From positions 1 to 60,478 of the IMG/VR virus record IMGVR_UViG_3300010354_000096: a DNA stretch of 60,478 nt, one strand, 5' to 3'. Shown piece after piece: positions 1-11,100 of this stretch. Under the pieces are notes generated by a model. The model did not search any database. It saw only the letters and a program-made list of their open reading frames with translations, and was not told where the DNA came from. The number at the start of each line of letters is the position of its first letter. Positions within the stretch are counted from its first letter, which is position 1. A program made the position numbers and the translations under genes. The stretch is from a virus (lineage: Duplodnaviria > Caudoviricetes).

Positions 1-1
1 A

Positions 2-454
2 AAATCTATTGGTTTATCTGATTCAGTTGCTTTGTTAGAACAACAAAAATTAGTATTAGAAAATTCAACATTTACTTCTGAAATAGGTCCATTACTTTAT
101 TTAAGTAGGTTAACAGGAAAACCGATGGATATTATTGTGAATTGGTTTATACTCATTCTTGTTTCGGTATTTGATCCATTGGCTGTGAGTTTGGTTATCG
201 CTGCAAATCATCTTAAACATAAAGAAAAAGAACAAACATTGGTTGTAAATAAAGTAGAATCACAAATTACAGACGCAGTAACTACACCTGTATTTACAAA
301 TGAAGTTACTGAAGTTATTGATACAGAAGAAGTTGAAGAAAAAAAAGACTTGGAAACTGAGGAAGAAATGAGTATATTTGTTGATAGTTTGGAACAAAAT
401 CAATTTTATCAAGAAACCCCCAATCATGGTTACAGACGGGGGATTTCTGTATAA
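2..454 (+). CDS. C-terminal part of a membrane-anchored coiled-coil phage protein (5' end outside window)
   Basis: Frame is open from base 2, upstream of the TTG at 32. Hydrophobic segment WFILILVSVFDPLAVSLVIAAN followed by an acidic tail; TAA at 452-454. Confidence 0.6.
   Translation, partial: KSIGLSDSVALLEQQKLVLENSTFTSEIGPLLYLSRLTGKPMDIIVNWFILILVSVFDPLAVSLVIAANHLKHKEKEQTLVVNKVESQITDAVTTPVFTNEVTEVIDTEEVEEKKDLETEEEMSIFVDSLEQNQFYQETPNHGYRRGISV
349..380 (+). promoter_or_regulatory. Bacteroidota-type sigma-A promoter (-33/-7) inside the first ORF, upstream of clpP
   Basis: CTTG (349-352), 20 nt spacer, TATATTTG (373-380); fits the TTTG-N19-21-TAnnTTTG consensus. Confidence 0.55.
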
Positions 455-482
455 AAAATAAAAAATATAATAGGAGTTAGTT

Positions 483-1136
483 ATGGAAGATTTGTATGAC
501 GGAAATATTGAAGATACACATAGAGTTATAAAGAAAGAGAAATCTGATGAAGATATTCCATTAAGATGGAAAGAAGCAACTACTCAAATGGATTACGGTA
601 TTGACGTAAATGCTTCAAGTGTTCTTTTGTTTGGTGAAATTATGGACGGTACTCTTTATGATTTAATTACTCGTATTAGAGCAATTATACACATGAGAGA
701 AGACGATAAAAAAAATGACCCAATAAATCTTGTTATTAATTCAACAGGTGGTTCTGTATACGAAGCGTTGGGTATAATTGACTATATTCAAAGTTTAGAT
801 GTTAGAGTAAACACAATTGTACGTGGATGTGCAATGTCCGCTGCTGCTCTTATTCTATGTGCAAGAACAGGTGTTCGTGCGGCATCTAAAAACAGTACAA
901 TAATGTTCCATGAAATGTCATCTGATATTTACGGTAAATCTTCTGATATGAAAGCAAATGTTCAACACATGGAAAAGTTAGAAGATATTCTTTTAGATAT
1001 TATGTACACAAACTCCAAAAAAGATGTTGAATGGTGGAAAACAACTACAATTAAAGATTTTTACATTACACCAGTAGAAGCATTGGAATTGGGTGTAATA
1101 GATACTATTATTCAGCCAAAACATCAGAGGAGATAA
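483..1136 (+). CDS. clpP: ClpP-family serine protease
   Basis: INLVINSTGGSV, catalytic Ser in GCAMSAA, His in IMFHE, Asp in KDFYIT, C-terminal EALELGVID; SD AGGAG upstream. Confidence 0.93.
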   Translation: MEDLYDGNIEDTHRVIKKEKSDEDIPLRWKEATTQMDYGIDVNASSVLLFGEIMDGTLYDLITRIRAIIHMREDDKKNDPINLVINSTGGSVYEALGIIDYIQSLDVRVNTIVRGCAMSAAALILCARTGVRAASKNSTIMFHEMSSDIYGKSSDMKANVQHMEKLEDILLDIMYTNSKKDVEWWKTTTIKDFYITPVEALELGVIDTIIQPKHQRR

Positions 1137-1139
1137 GTT

Positions 1140-1508
1140 ATGGTTATTTTAGTTTATGTAACTATTGTATTGTTAATTGGTTCTATTTACATAAATGTGA
1201 ATCTTTTAAGAAAATTTGAAAAGATGGAAGAAATGGCAGAAAATTCGGTAGATGAATTAACGAAGAATGAAAAGTTCTTAGCAGAATTAAAGAATAGAGT
1301 ATTATCACAGCAATCTTATTTAAGACAATTGGATAGGATTGGTTCATTTGAAGCAGATGATGAAACAGGCTACTTCTTTAAAGAAATGAAAGATATTGTG
1401 AATGATATTACAGTTTACTTCGGTGAAGAACCAATGGGTGATGAAAAAACAAGTATTCTTGAAAAACAAAAATTTGATGCAAAATTTGAAAAGGATTATT
1501 ACGCATGA
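1140..1508 (+). CDS. hypothetical protein, N-terminal transmembrane helix plus coiled coil
   Basis: Hydrophobic N-terminus (VILVYVTIVLLIGSIYI), charged helical remainder; SD GAGGAG. Confidence 0.7.
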   Translation: MVILVYVTIVLLIGSIYINVNLLRKFEKMEEMAENSVDELTKNEKFLAELKNRVLSQQSYLRQLDRIGSFEADDETGYFFKEMKDIVNDITVYFGEEPMGDEKTSILEKQKFDAKFEKDYYA

Positions 1509-2233
1509 GTATAACAAAAGTAAAACAAACTATATATTTTACTCAAGAAACAGAAGATGCAATTGTTGAGTACAATACTACAGAAGATGATATACAACGC
1601 AATATAATATACACTAAAAAAATTCATCCTGCATTTTATAAACTTGCTGAAATAATGATTCATAGATTCAAGTTTTATAATTTTGATGTTTCACATGAAG
1701 ACGTTAAACACGAAGTGGTTGCTTTTTTACATGAAAAAATTCATAAATATAAAGCAGAAAGTGGTAAAGCGTTTTCTTATTTTTCTATTGTTGCTAAGAA
1801 TTATCTAATTGCGGAAAACAATAAAAACTATTATCACTTCAAACGTAGTCAGGGAATGGAAACAATTGATAGTGAAAGAAATATAGTTAATGAAAAAATA
1901 CGCAAAGATTTAATAGAAGAAAAAAAAGATTTTATTGATTTGTTTACGGATGTAGTGGAGAAATATTTACCATTAATATTTACCAAAAAAAGAGATGTAC
2001 AAGTTGCTGATTCAATTTTATATTTGTTTAGAACCCGTGAAAATATAGAAAACTATAATAAAAAAGCAATATATATTCTTGTTCGTGAAAGAACAGGAAT
2101 AAGTTCACAATATATTACAAACGTTATAAATAGAATAAAATACATTTATATAAAATTATATAGAGAATACCGAAACGGTACTAACATAACAAATTTATCT
2201 TGGTATAAATTGCAAGACATTATTAACAACTAA
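1505..2233 (+). CDS. phage sigma factor, T4 gp55-like (late transcription)
   Basis: Sigma region-2-like segment YKLAEIMIHRFKF..EDVKHEVVAFLHEKIHKY..SGKAFSYFSIVAKNYL; size similar to gp55; immediately precedes the structural cluster. Confidence 0.65.
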   Translation: MSITKVKQTIYFTQETEDAIVEYNTTEDDIQRNIIYTKKIHPAFYKLAEIMIHRFKFYNFDVSHEDVKHEVVAFLHEKIHKYKAESGKAFSYFSIVAKNYLIAENNKNYYHFKRSQGMETIDSERNIVNEKIRKDLIEEKKDFIDLFTDVVEKYLPLIFTKKRDVQVADSILYLFRTRENIENYNKKAIYILVRERTGISSQYITNVINRIKYIYIKLYREYRNGTNITNLSWYKLQDIINN

Positions 2234-2246
2234 CATATTTATTTAT

Positions 2247-2636
2247 ATGAGCTTTGATCAAGAATTGTTTGGAAATAAAAAGTTTTCTGATTTGCTGAAA
2301 GATATTTACGATAATCAGAAAAAAAAGGAACGGCAACTAAATTTATTAATTGCAGACCTAAAACCACTTATAACAAACATAAGTGATGCTGGTATGTTAG
2401 TTCCTTCTATCAAAGACTTAATGGAAGTGTCAGTTAAGAATGATGAACATTTAGTTAAATTGGCAGCGGTTATACAACGTGCTACAAGTAATAAACAAGA
2501 GGAAACTTCCTCGTTCTTGACTGATGAAGAAAAAGAAGCCTTATTAAAAGGAATTCAGGAAATTCAAGAAGAACAAGAGGAAAACAACATTGGCACAAAA
2601 CCCACAAAAGACGATTCTGAATGGTCAGGAATATGA
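2247..2636 (+). CDS. hypothetical helical phage protein
   Basis: 129-aa ORF, acidic C-terminus, preceded by the ATATTTAT motif. Confidence 0.7.
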   Translation: MSFDQELFGNKKFSDLLKDIYDNQKKKERQLNLLIADLKPLITNISDAGMLVPSIKDLMEVSVKNDEHLVKLAAVIQRATSNKQEETSSFLTDEEKEALLKGIQEIQEEQEENNIGTKPTKDDSEWSGI

Positions 2637-4905
2637 GAATATTCCAGCAGAAGTTGTTACCGTAGATTTTGATGGTAAAAATAAAGAAAAGTTATATACA
2701 ATTTATTGTAGGTTTTTGGGAGCTTATGGCTCACAAACACAAACTAATGTTATTGCTGCAAGACCATTAGATGCTAATATAAAAAATATTCCAGTAAAGG
2801 GTGAAGTTGTTATGCTCTTAAAGGGGCCAACCGCTTATAATAGTGCACTTAAAACTGGACAAGAATATTATTATACAAATCCAATTTCAATACAAAGTTC
2901 TGTTCACCATAACGGTATTCCTGGTGTAACTGATTTTCAAAGACAAGTTTCCACATCAAATGTAACTACACGAAAAAATGCAGAAGACGGCGCATACAAT
3001 AAAGTAGAATCACGTTTAGAAACAGGTAAAACGATAGATCCAGGTTTTCCAGAAAGGTTAGACGTTTATCCTATACAACCTTACCCTGGTGATATTATTC
3101 TTGAGGGTAGATGGGGAAACTCAATTAGATTGGGCTCTACCGTTGATGAAAGAAGAGTATATCCACAGCGACCACTTTGGAAAAAAGGCTTAGGTGAAAC
3201 AGGAAATCCAATATTAATAATTTCAAATGGTACAAACCCACCACAAAAACCTTTTAATGAATTTATTCTCGAAGATCCAAATACCGATGATTCATCGATA
3301 TGGATGACTTCTGGACAGGCTTTTTCATTCACACCAGCATCAGATGTAGCAGCATCTACTGCAAATCGTAGTGTTAATTTGTACGTGGATAATGTGAATG
3401 CTGGTAATCAGATTTTAATATCATCCGATAGAATATTATTAAACGCTAAAAAACAAGAACTTATGGGTTTTAGTAGTGAAGGTATTGGATTTTCTTCACA
3501 AAAAGCAATAGCTTTAGATGGTGGTATTGTTGTTGAAATGGAAGCACCACGTATAAATTTGGGTTTAAACGCAGTATCTCCTGTTTTGTTAGGTGATAAA
3601 ACATTACAATGGCTTGGAGATTTATGTGATTCTTTAGCAAATTTATGCTCATCTATAAGTAAACAAACACATCTAACAGGTACAGGTGAATCACTTCCAC
3701 CAACAAACGCACCAGATTTTAATAAAATTAAATCCGATATAAAATCACTCCGTTCTTCATTAAAATCACTTCCAAGTAATCAAGTATTTGTTTGTGAAAA
3801 TCCTGGCGGTCCTACAAAAGCAGAAATGGATAAAGCTAAGGAAAGAGCAGCAAGCGGTGGTGGATATGTTGAAACTAATAAAGTTGGTGGAGATAAACCG
3901 GATATATTAGCAGGAGCAGAATTGGAGCAACCAGTGGTTAATGTTGTAACTATAATTAGTGAATTGACTAATATTGAAAAAGAGAAAAAAGCTATATTAG
4001 AAGAAATTTCTAAATCATCGGGTGCTACTCTAACACCTGCAAGTGAAATGGGTATGAGTAATGCAGAAGCAGAAGACGCTGCTGAACGTGGAGATTTTGC
4101 AACTGGTTCTAATGCAACTGGTTCTAATGCAACTGGTTCTAATGCAACTGGTTCTAATGCAACTGGTTCTAATGCAACTGGTTCTAATACACCACCACAG
4201 GGTGCTCAAATTCCAGGTAGTGTTTCTTCAAATTATCCAAATGGTTTAACATACGAACAATTAGGATTAGAACCTACTAAGATGAAAAATGTTGGAGGTA
4301 GATGGAATTATGACGGTGACATTAATTTAGCAGCAAAAACAAACCCAATTACAAAAACAAGGTTTAATGAAATACCTATACCGTTTGGTATTGTGTTGGG
4401 TAGCTTCATTTGTAATGGAATGGATCTTACATCATTGAATAATGCACCAACCGAAGTTGGCGATAAGTTTGATTGTTCAGGTAATAAATTAGAATCTTTA
4501 CAAGGTGGCCCTAAAAAAGCTAAAAATTATATATGTAAACAATCAGAATTGAAAACTTTATCAGGTGGACCAACTGAGGTAACAAGTACATTTGATTGTT
4601 CCAATAACAGATTGGATAGTTTAGTTGGTGGTCCAACTAAAGTTGGTTTTGCTTACCGCTTGGATGGAAACATAAAGATAACTTCATTGAGAGGTATTTC
4701 TGCAAATGGTACATCAAATCCATTAAACCAATTACAATGTGACAATTGTTCATTAACCGATGTAACGATATTTGCAGGAGTAAATGAAATAAAAACAAAA
4801 ACATTCAACGGTCAATACCAACAAGAAGCAGCAGATGGTACAGAAATCAAACTTGACGCTACAATAATAAAAGAAATTACAGGTGCAACGAAAATATACG
4901 TTTAA
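2590..4905 (+). CDS. baseplate hub/central spike protein (gp5/VgrG-like) with C-terminal LRR module
   Basis: OB-fold-like N-terminus (NIPVKGEVVML), GDIILEGRWGNSIRLGS, QILISSDRILLNAK beta region, THLTGTGESLPP tip-like motif; C-terminal FDCSGNKLESLQGGP repeats. TTG start with GAGG SD. Confidence 0.65.
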   Translation: MAQNPQKTILNGQEYENIPAEVVTVDFDGKNKEKLYTIYCRFLGAYGSQTQTNVIAARPLDANIKNIPVKGEVVMLLKGPTAYNSALKTGQEYYYTNPISIQSSVHHNGIPGVTDFQRQVSTSNVTTRKNAEDGAYNKVESRLETGKTIDPGFPERLDVYPIQPYPGDIILEGRWGNSIRLGSTVDERRVYPQRPLWKKGLGETGNPILIISNGTNPPQKPFNEFILEDPNTDDSSIWMTSGQAFSFTPASDVAASTANRSVNLYVDNVNAGNQILISSDRILLNAKKQELMGFSSEGIGFSSQKAIALDGGIVVEMEAPRINLGLNAVSPVLLGDKTLQWLGDLCDSLANLCSSISKQTHLTGTGESLPPTNAPDFNKIKSDIKSLRSSLKSLPSNQVFVCENPGGPTKAEMDKAKERAASGGGYVETNKVGGDKPDILAGAELEQPVVNVVTIISELTNIEKEKKAILEEISKSSGATLTPASEMGMSNAEAEDAAERGDFATGSNATGSNATGSNATGSNATGSNATGSNTPPQGAQIPGSVSSNYPNGLTYEQLGLEPTKMKNVGGRWNYDGDINLAAKTNPITKTRFNEIPIPFGIVLGSFICNGMDLTSLNNAPTEVGDKFDCSGNKLESLQGGPKKAKNYICKQSELKTLSGGPTEVTSTFDCSNNRLDSLVGGPTKVGFAYRLDGNIKITSLRGISANGTSNPLNQLQCDNCSLTDVTIFAGVNEIKTKTFNGQYQQEAADGTEIKLDATIIKEITGATKIYV
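4099..4188 (+). repeat. perfect in-frame tandem repeat (GCAACTGGTTCTAAT)x6 encoding ATGSN
   Basis: Six identical 15-nt units read directly. Confidence 0.97.
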
Positions 4906-4918
4906 TTGGAGATAAAAT

Positions 4919-7087
4919 TTGGCTGGTTTTTCCGCATATTCAATAACAGCAAATGACTTTGTATTCTTAAAATGCTCAAAAGCAGTAGAAGAGAGTGGAT
5001 TTACATTACCACAAAATTTTAAGTTTATAGAATGTCCTGATGATCCGCATACAACAGAAGAGGCAGCAAAACATAGAAAATTAGCAAAAGTATATTCAAT
5101 AGCAAAGATATATTGCTCTGGTTTTGAATTAGAGTTAACCGATAAAACAAGAAAATACTTAAACGGTTATGAATATATAGGAGATGATAAATGTCCTATA
5201 GTAATTTTAGAAAAAGATAAAGCACCTGCAGATGGAGAAAAACCTGCACCAACTGAAAACATTAATGCAAAGAAAATGTTTGAATCCACAACAAATTCTC
5301 CATTAACGTATGAATATGCACTAGCGGATACACGAACAGCGGTGTATGACGGTTTTACACAAAGTGTCAAAGACTCTATACTTAGTGGAAAAATAAATGT
5401 TGATGCATTAAAAGACTCTGCTTTAGGCGCATTAAAAGACGCTGCTCCTGGAGTTTTACAAACATTAGCAACTAGTCTTGGTGTTGATGCAAAAACATTA
5501 TCTACAATAACAAGTGTTATTGATTTTGTAGGTAGTGATAATCTCATTAATGGTGATATTGATGCTATTAAGAAAAAATTATTAGAACAATTAGAATTAA
5601 AAAATTTAGTAGAAGTTGCATCTAAACCAGAGATTACTGATATATTATCTAAAACTTTAAACGTTGGTAAAGATGCGTTAACTAATTTATTTAGTTCTTC
5701 AAAAAACATAAAAACATTATCTGATATAAAGACCATTGAAACATATACATCAACTGATGATGTTTTTAAGATAAGAATTATTGATGAAAATTATTTAGAT
5801 ACAAGACAATCGTTGGATTTAATAGTATCCGCATCGGTATTATTTTATTCAGAAGATGAAAAGGACAGAATAGAAGGAGAAAGAATAGCTAAAGGTCTTT
5901 CTAAAGAATTTTTATCGTTACTTCAACCAATAAATACAACGGTTAGAGATGATGCAAGTCCAGATCAAAAAGTTATTTCTAAAGGAACTTGGCTAACAAC
6001 ATTTAATAAAATTGATTATCGTATTCAAAAAGTTGCTGCTATAGGATTGGGATTTGGTATAGAAGAAGACGGTGTTACAAAACTTCAACAATACATAGAC
6101 AATTTGAATAAATATCAACAATTGAATGAGAAATCTGACGAACTACGAGAAGGACTAAAAGAGCATACTGAAACATTAGAAGAAGAAAATAGATATAATC
6201 CAGACGCAGAAAAAGATTATAAAGAAAAACATGGTCTTACTGATAAACAGTATGATGATGCGTTGGGTATAGTGTATGACAGAAATAATAATAACCAATC
6301 TGACATAGAGTGTTTTCAGGATTCAGATCCATCGGAAGAAGAACCAGATATAAACGATCCAGTTTATGTTATGGGACTTGATCCTGCATTAGCAGTAAAA
6401 GATTCTTTAGGAAATGTAATTTCATATAACGGTGACATTACATTAACTGGAAAAAGAAGTGGTATGGATTTTAGAGGCGACGATTCTCCTGATAATTTAC
6501 CATTAACATCCATACCATTTAAAATTAAAAATGTTAACGGTAAATTTATATGTAAGAATATGAGATTAACAAGTTTAGTAAATGCACCAGATGTAGTAGA
6601 AGGTGATTTTGATTGTTCTGGTAACGAATTACAATCTTTAGATTTTGGTCCAACATCTGTTGGTGGAAATTATTTTGCTAATAAAAATAAATTAGAAAAT
6701 TTAGATGGACTTCCAAGTTCAATAGGACAAAATTTGAATTTATCTGAAAATAGAATAAGTAGTTTAGAAAATTTAGGTTGTGGAAAATCATCAACAACAT
6801 CTGGTTGTCCAACTACTGTTTTTGGTGATGTTAATTTATCTGATAACGATTTAAAATCATTAAATAATGCAAATTTGAATATTCGTGGTACACTTGATGT
6901 TAGTAAGAATGAATTAACAAATGAAACTATGTTTGAAGGAATAACTGAAGGTTTGGGTGGAAAGAATGAAAAATGGAATTCTGATATAAGAGTTAAAAAA
7001 TTCATTGGTATTAACCAAACAAACTCAGTTAAATTAAATACTAATTTAATTCAAACTAAATTACAAATTGATAATATTATAGTTTGA
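4919..7087 (+). CDS. baseplate-associated protein with helical body and C-terminal LRR module
   Basis: GDFDCSGNELQSLDFGP, NLNLSENRISSLENL and DVNLSDNDLKSL repeats; TTG start with GGAG SD. Confidence 0.7.
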   Translation: MAGFSAYSITANDFVFLKCSKAVEESGFTLPQNFKFIECPDDPHTTEEAAKHRKLAKVYSIAKIYCSGFELELTDKTRKYLNGYEYIGDDKCPIVILEKDKAPADGEKPAPTENINAKKMFESTTNSPLTYEYALADTRTAVYDGFTQSVKDSILSGKINVDALKDSALGALKDAAPGVLQTLATSLGVDAKTLSTITSVIDFVGSDNLINGDIDAIKKKLLEQLELKNLVEVASKPEITDILSKTLNVGKDALTNLFSSSKNIKTLSDIKTIETYTSTDDVFKIRIIDENYLDTRQSLDLIVSASVLFYSEDEKDRIEGERIAKGLSKEFLSLLQPINTTVRDDASPDQKVISKGTWLTTFNKIDYRIQKVAAIGLGFGIEEDGVTKLQQYIDNLNKYQQLNEKSDELREGLKEHTETLEEENRYNPDAEKDYKEKHGLTDKQYDDALGIVYDRNNNNQSDIECFQDSDPSEEEPDINDPVYVMGLDPALAVKDSLGNVISYNGDITLTGKRSGMDFRGDDSPDNLPLTSIPFKIKNVNGKFICKNMRLTSLVNAPDVVEGDFDCSGNELQSLDFGPTSVGGNYFANKNKLENLDGLPSSIGQNLNLSENRISSLENLGCGKSSTTSGCPTTVFGDVNLSDNDLKSLNNANLNIRGTLDVSKNELTNETMFEGITEGLGGKNEKWNSDIRVKKFIGINQTNSVKLNTNLIQTKLQIDNIIV

Positions 7088-7102
7088 TAATTGGAGAAAA
7101 TA

Positions 7103-8113
7103 ATGGCGTTACCTGCTGTAGAAGAAGTAGAAATAGAAGAAGAATTGGATGGAACAAAAGTTGAAATTAAAAATAAAATTCAATTAATAGAAGGCATAAT
7201 AGAAGATCCTGAAGATTTAAACGGATTACAAGAACAGGCAGAAGATTGGAGTGATGTAAAGGTTGGTGTTTATATTATAAAACAAGCAGAAACACCTGGT
7301 GAAAAAAGAGACGGAATAAGTGGAGGTGGTAACAGTCCATGTATTCAAGCAGGTGCAACTACTCCTGTAAATACTCCTGTAACAAGCACACCCAAGGAAA
7401 AAGAAGAATCTTCAGCAGATGCAGCAGCATCTATTAATCCTAATAATACTGGAATTAAGATAGGTGTTAATACTTCTGGCTTAAACGAACTACAAGTTGA
7501 AATTGTAAATACAGCATTGGAGTGGTTAAAGAAAGGAGTACCTGGACAAAAATGGGAAGATGCAGGAGGGCGTGGACCTTTAGTTGACGAATTGAAAAGA
7601 CAATTTGGATGGAAACCCGGAACAGATGCTTGGTGTGCTATGTTTTGTTCGGTTGTTATCAGAGACGCTATGGCAAAGGTACAAGCAAAGGGTATAGCTA
7701 CTAAAGATCAAAAGAAAGCAAAACAGCCAGATAATTTTTTAATGATCGCAGGTGCTAGATTATTGGTTTATTCAAACAGTAAACCCCCATTACTTGGTGG
7801 TGCTTCGTCTACTACTCCAGAAATTGGGGCAATCTTTCACACACCACCTGCACCTGGTGCTGATGGTTCGGGTCATGTTGGTATAGTTGTTGGAATTGAT
7901 GGTCCAAATGGACAAGTTATTACGTGTGAGGGTAATGCAAGTGATAGAGTTTGTCTGCACGTATCTAATGCTGCAAAAGTAAAAACAATGAGATTTGCAT
8001 ATCCAGGTAGACTTCCTCATTCTGGTAAATCAAGAGGAAGTGATACATTGAAAGAAATTCCAGATTTATTAAAAACTGCATATTTAGTTGGTGGTAAATA
8101 TAAAACACGTTAA
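7103..8113 (+). CDS. CHAP-domain peptidoglycan hydrolase
   Basis: AWCAMFCS (catalytic Cys), GHVGIV (His), TCEGN. ATG at 7103 sits 6 nt after GGAG, preferred over the TTG at 7091. Confidence 0.85.
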   Translation: MALPAVEEVEIEEELDGTKVEIKNKIQLIEGIIEDPEDLNGLQEQAEDWSDVKVGVYIIKQAETPGEKRDGISGGGNSPCIQAGATTPVNTPVTSTPKEKEESSADAAASINPNNTGIKIGVNTSGLNELQVEIVNTALEWLKKGVPGQKWEDAGGRGPLVDELKRQFGWKPGTDAWCAMFCSVVIRDAMAKVQAKGIATKDQKKAKQPDNFLMIAGARLLVYSNSKPPLLGGASSTTPEIGAIFHTPPAPGADGSGHVGIVVGIDGPNGQVITCEGNASDRVCLHVSNAAKVKTMRFAYPGRLPHSGKSRGSDTLKEIPDLLKTAYLVGGKYKTR

Positions 8114-8160
8114 GTATATTTATAATATATGTTATTTGATTAATTTATAGAGAAATATAA

Positions 8161-11100
8161 ATGGCAGGTCCATTAGAACCGAGAGTAGAACTTAGAAGTA
8201 AATGGGGTAGATTCAAATCCTCAAAGAAAGCGTTAAATGCACCACTTGTGTTTTGTTGTGGTGGAATACCATTAGGAGTGGATTTTGGTTGTGAAGGTAA
8301 AGCATGCGTTGCACTTCCTGGTGAATATATGTGGCCAGAAAATGAAGATGGAAGTCCTGGAAGTCCATCTGCTTCAGCTAAATATAACGGGTATTCTATT
8401 TTAACGGATTTTAATGTTTATACACCAATGTATACATCTGGTGGAAAGGGTTCAACCGGCAACCACTGGAAAGGTTATGACGCTAACACATTTGCGAGAG
8501 AATCTTGGAATGAGTTACAATCAATACTAACTAGATATGGAATAAAACCTTCTAAAAAAATAATTGTGGGTTTTTCTGGTGGTGTTGCTTTTGTAACAAG
8601 AAATATTCCAACTTTTGGTGGTAGTTGGAAATATTGGGATACTATTTTACTTGCAGGTGCATGGGCTCCAGATATAGGTGATGAAAAACCAATACAAACT
8701 GCTAAAAAACAAAATCCAAATACATACTACTTTTCAGGTGGTCCAGCAGCAGGTGCAGATAATTTCGATAATCCAGGTTATGATGCTACCGCACAACTTT
8801 TTGGTAAAGATTTCATAAAACAAAAAAAACCAAACCACATGGTATTAGTTCCTGTTACTGCTCAATGGATTAAAGATAATATTCAAGTTAGTTCTACGGG
8901 TGAAGCAGCAACACCGAGTGGTGCAGCAACATCAACAGGAACAGGTGGCACACCAAATCCAACATCAACATCAGCAGGAACGGGTGGTACGGCAACACCA
9001 ACAAAAAAAACAGTAACAACCACAACTTTACAAACTACTGGACCAGGTTGGTTAAAACCAGGAAATATTGTTGCAGATGAAAAAGGTTTAAAATTTTTAA
9101 AACAATATGAGGGCATTCGTTATCAAGTTTATGATGATAAGGGTGGTAAAATTATAAGTGATTATTCACAAGCAAGAGGTTATCCAACTATTGGAATTGG
9201 TCATTTGATTGGTGCCGGTGAGAGAGATTTTTATTCAAAGTATCTCGGTGGACGAGAAAAGATGACAGAAGCTGAGGTTTTAGCATTAAAGAAAAAAGAT
9301 ATACCAAGATTCGCTAAACCATTGAATGACAGATTGAAAGAGCCAGTTACACAGAATATGTTTAACGCAATGCTTTCTCTTGGGTTCAATACCGGTATGA
9401 ATGGTGCTGCTATAAAAAAAGCAATAGCAGCTGTAAATGCAAAAGACTATGAAGGAGCAGCAAACGCTATTGCAAATGGTCCAAAAACATCAAAGGGTGT
9501 GGTTATGGAAGGACTTAGAAAGAGAAGAAACGCAGAATATGAAATGTTTAAAGAAGGTATGCCAAGTTCTCCACCAACAGCTCAAAACACTTCTGGACCA
9601 AGTGAAACGGTAACATCCGAAGTTGTAGAAGAAAATGGAACTAATGCACAAGTAGCAACCGCTTCAAATGATTGTAATGATTTACAAAAAGAAGATGCAA
9701 AATTAAAATCAAACGAATCACCTGAAGGTGCAAAAGAAGAAGAAGTTGCAAAAGATCCATTACCACCACCAAAAGATGAAACTCCTGTGAGTTTGGACGG
9801 AAAATATAACCATAGATTTTATATTTTACCAACTAAAGAGGCTAAACCATTGACTTTAGCGGAGATGGTTGATAAAAAACAAAAATATTATAAAAGATAT
9901 TGGGCATGGAGAACTGAAGAAAACCCAGGATATGGGGTTGTTGCAAATGAAAATAAATTAGTATCGGATGATGGAAAAAATTTAATAACTGGATTAGTTC
10001 CTTATTGGCCACCACATAGTGGCTCGTTTGATGATATAAAAGAACCAACAGTAAAAGGAAAATGGTTGGAATTAATAAAAGGACAAAAAGAGATTCAATC
10101 GTTTTTAGACATTCCAATTTTATTAAATGCTTATGATGTTGGTGTGTATAACGATAATATAGGATATGTTTTTGAAGCTGGTAATGAATTACATATGACA
10201 TTACTAGAAAAGGTGTTTTTAACAAACAAGGGTTCTCAGATTGGAATTGGTAACGCTGTAAACACAACAATAACTGATAAGAAAAATCAAGATTCAAGTT
10301 GGAGAGAGTGGCCAAAATGGTCTGGTATATGGGTTGACCATTGTTTAAAAAAATCGGGATACTCTCTACACGGTGATATAAATGTGAACATAAACACTTA
10401 CCATGAAAAAGTTTTAAGTGCGGGTAAATTAATAAATTATCCTGGTAACAAAGAGTGGAAGTGGAAAGACTTAAAAGCAGCTGGTATGCAAGACCTTGTT
10501 TTCAAGCCAAGTAAAATTTGGTATGATACCGCAAACTTAAATTCAGATGAGTTACTAAAAGATAGTGGAGATATTGCAATATTCATAGTTGATTACCATA
10601 TAAAGAAAGACGGTACATTAACTGAGAGAGGGCAAAAATTATTAGATAAGATAATTTCTTTAAATTGGAAATTGGGTGTTGTTTCTGCGGTTAAAAGTCA
10701 TACGGCACAATCAAACCAATTATATGCAGAGGTTTTAGTTTATCTTGATAAAACTGGTAAAATGGTTACATTTGGTGGTAATACAACTCCACGTGGTGCT
10801 GATTCTATTCCAGGTGGTGGTCCATACCATATTGCTATAAAAGAAACAAACTTCAAAGATTTTGCAATATTAGCAGGTGATAATTGGGTAAATGGTGCGG
10901 TATTTGTTTCTAATGTAAAATCTGCACCCGAAGGTCATAGAGTCGGTGGTTTAGATTCTAAAATTTATACAACTGATATATTCAAAGATTATTACAAAAG
11001 AGTAGATAATGAAAAAGGAAAACTAACAGGTAGAATGTATAATTTCTTATTACCTTATATTGACCAAAAACCTGCTGCACCTGCTCCTGCAAAAATAGAA

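Noticed and set aside
4099-4188. CRISPR array
   Set aside because: Units are contiguous with no spacers and lie in frame within a gene.
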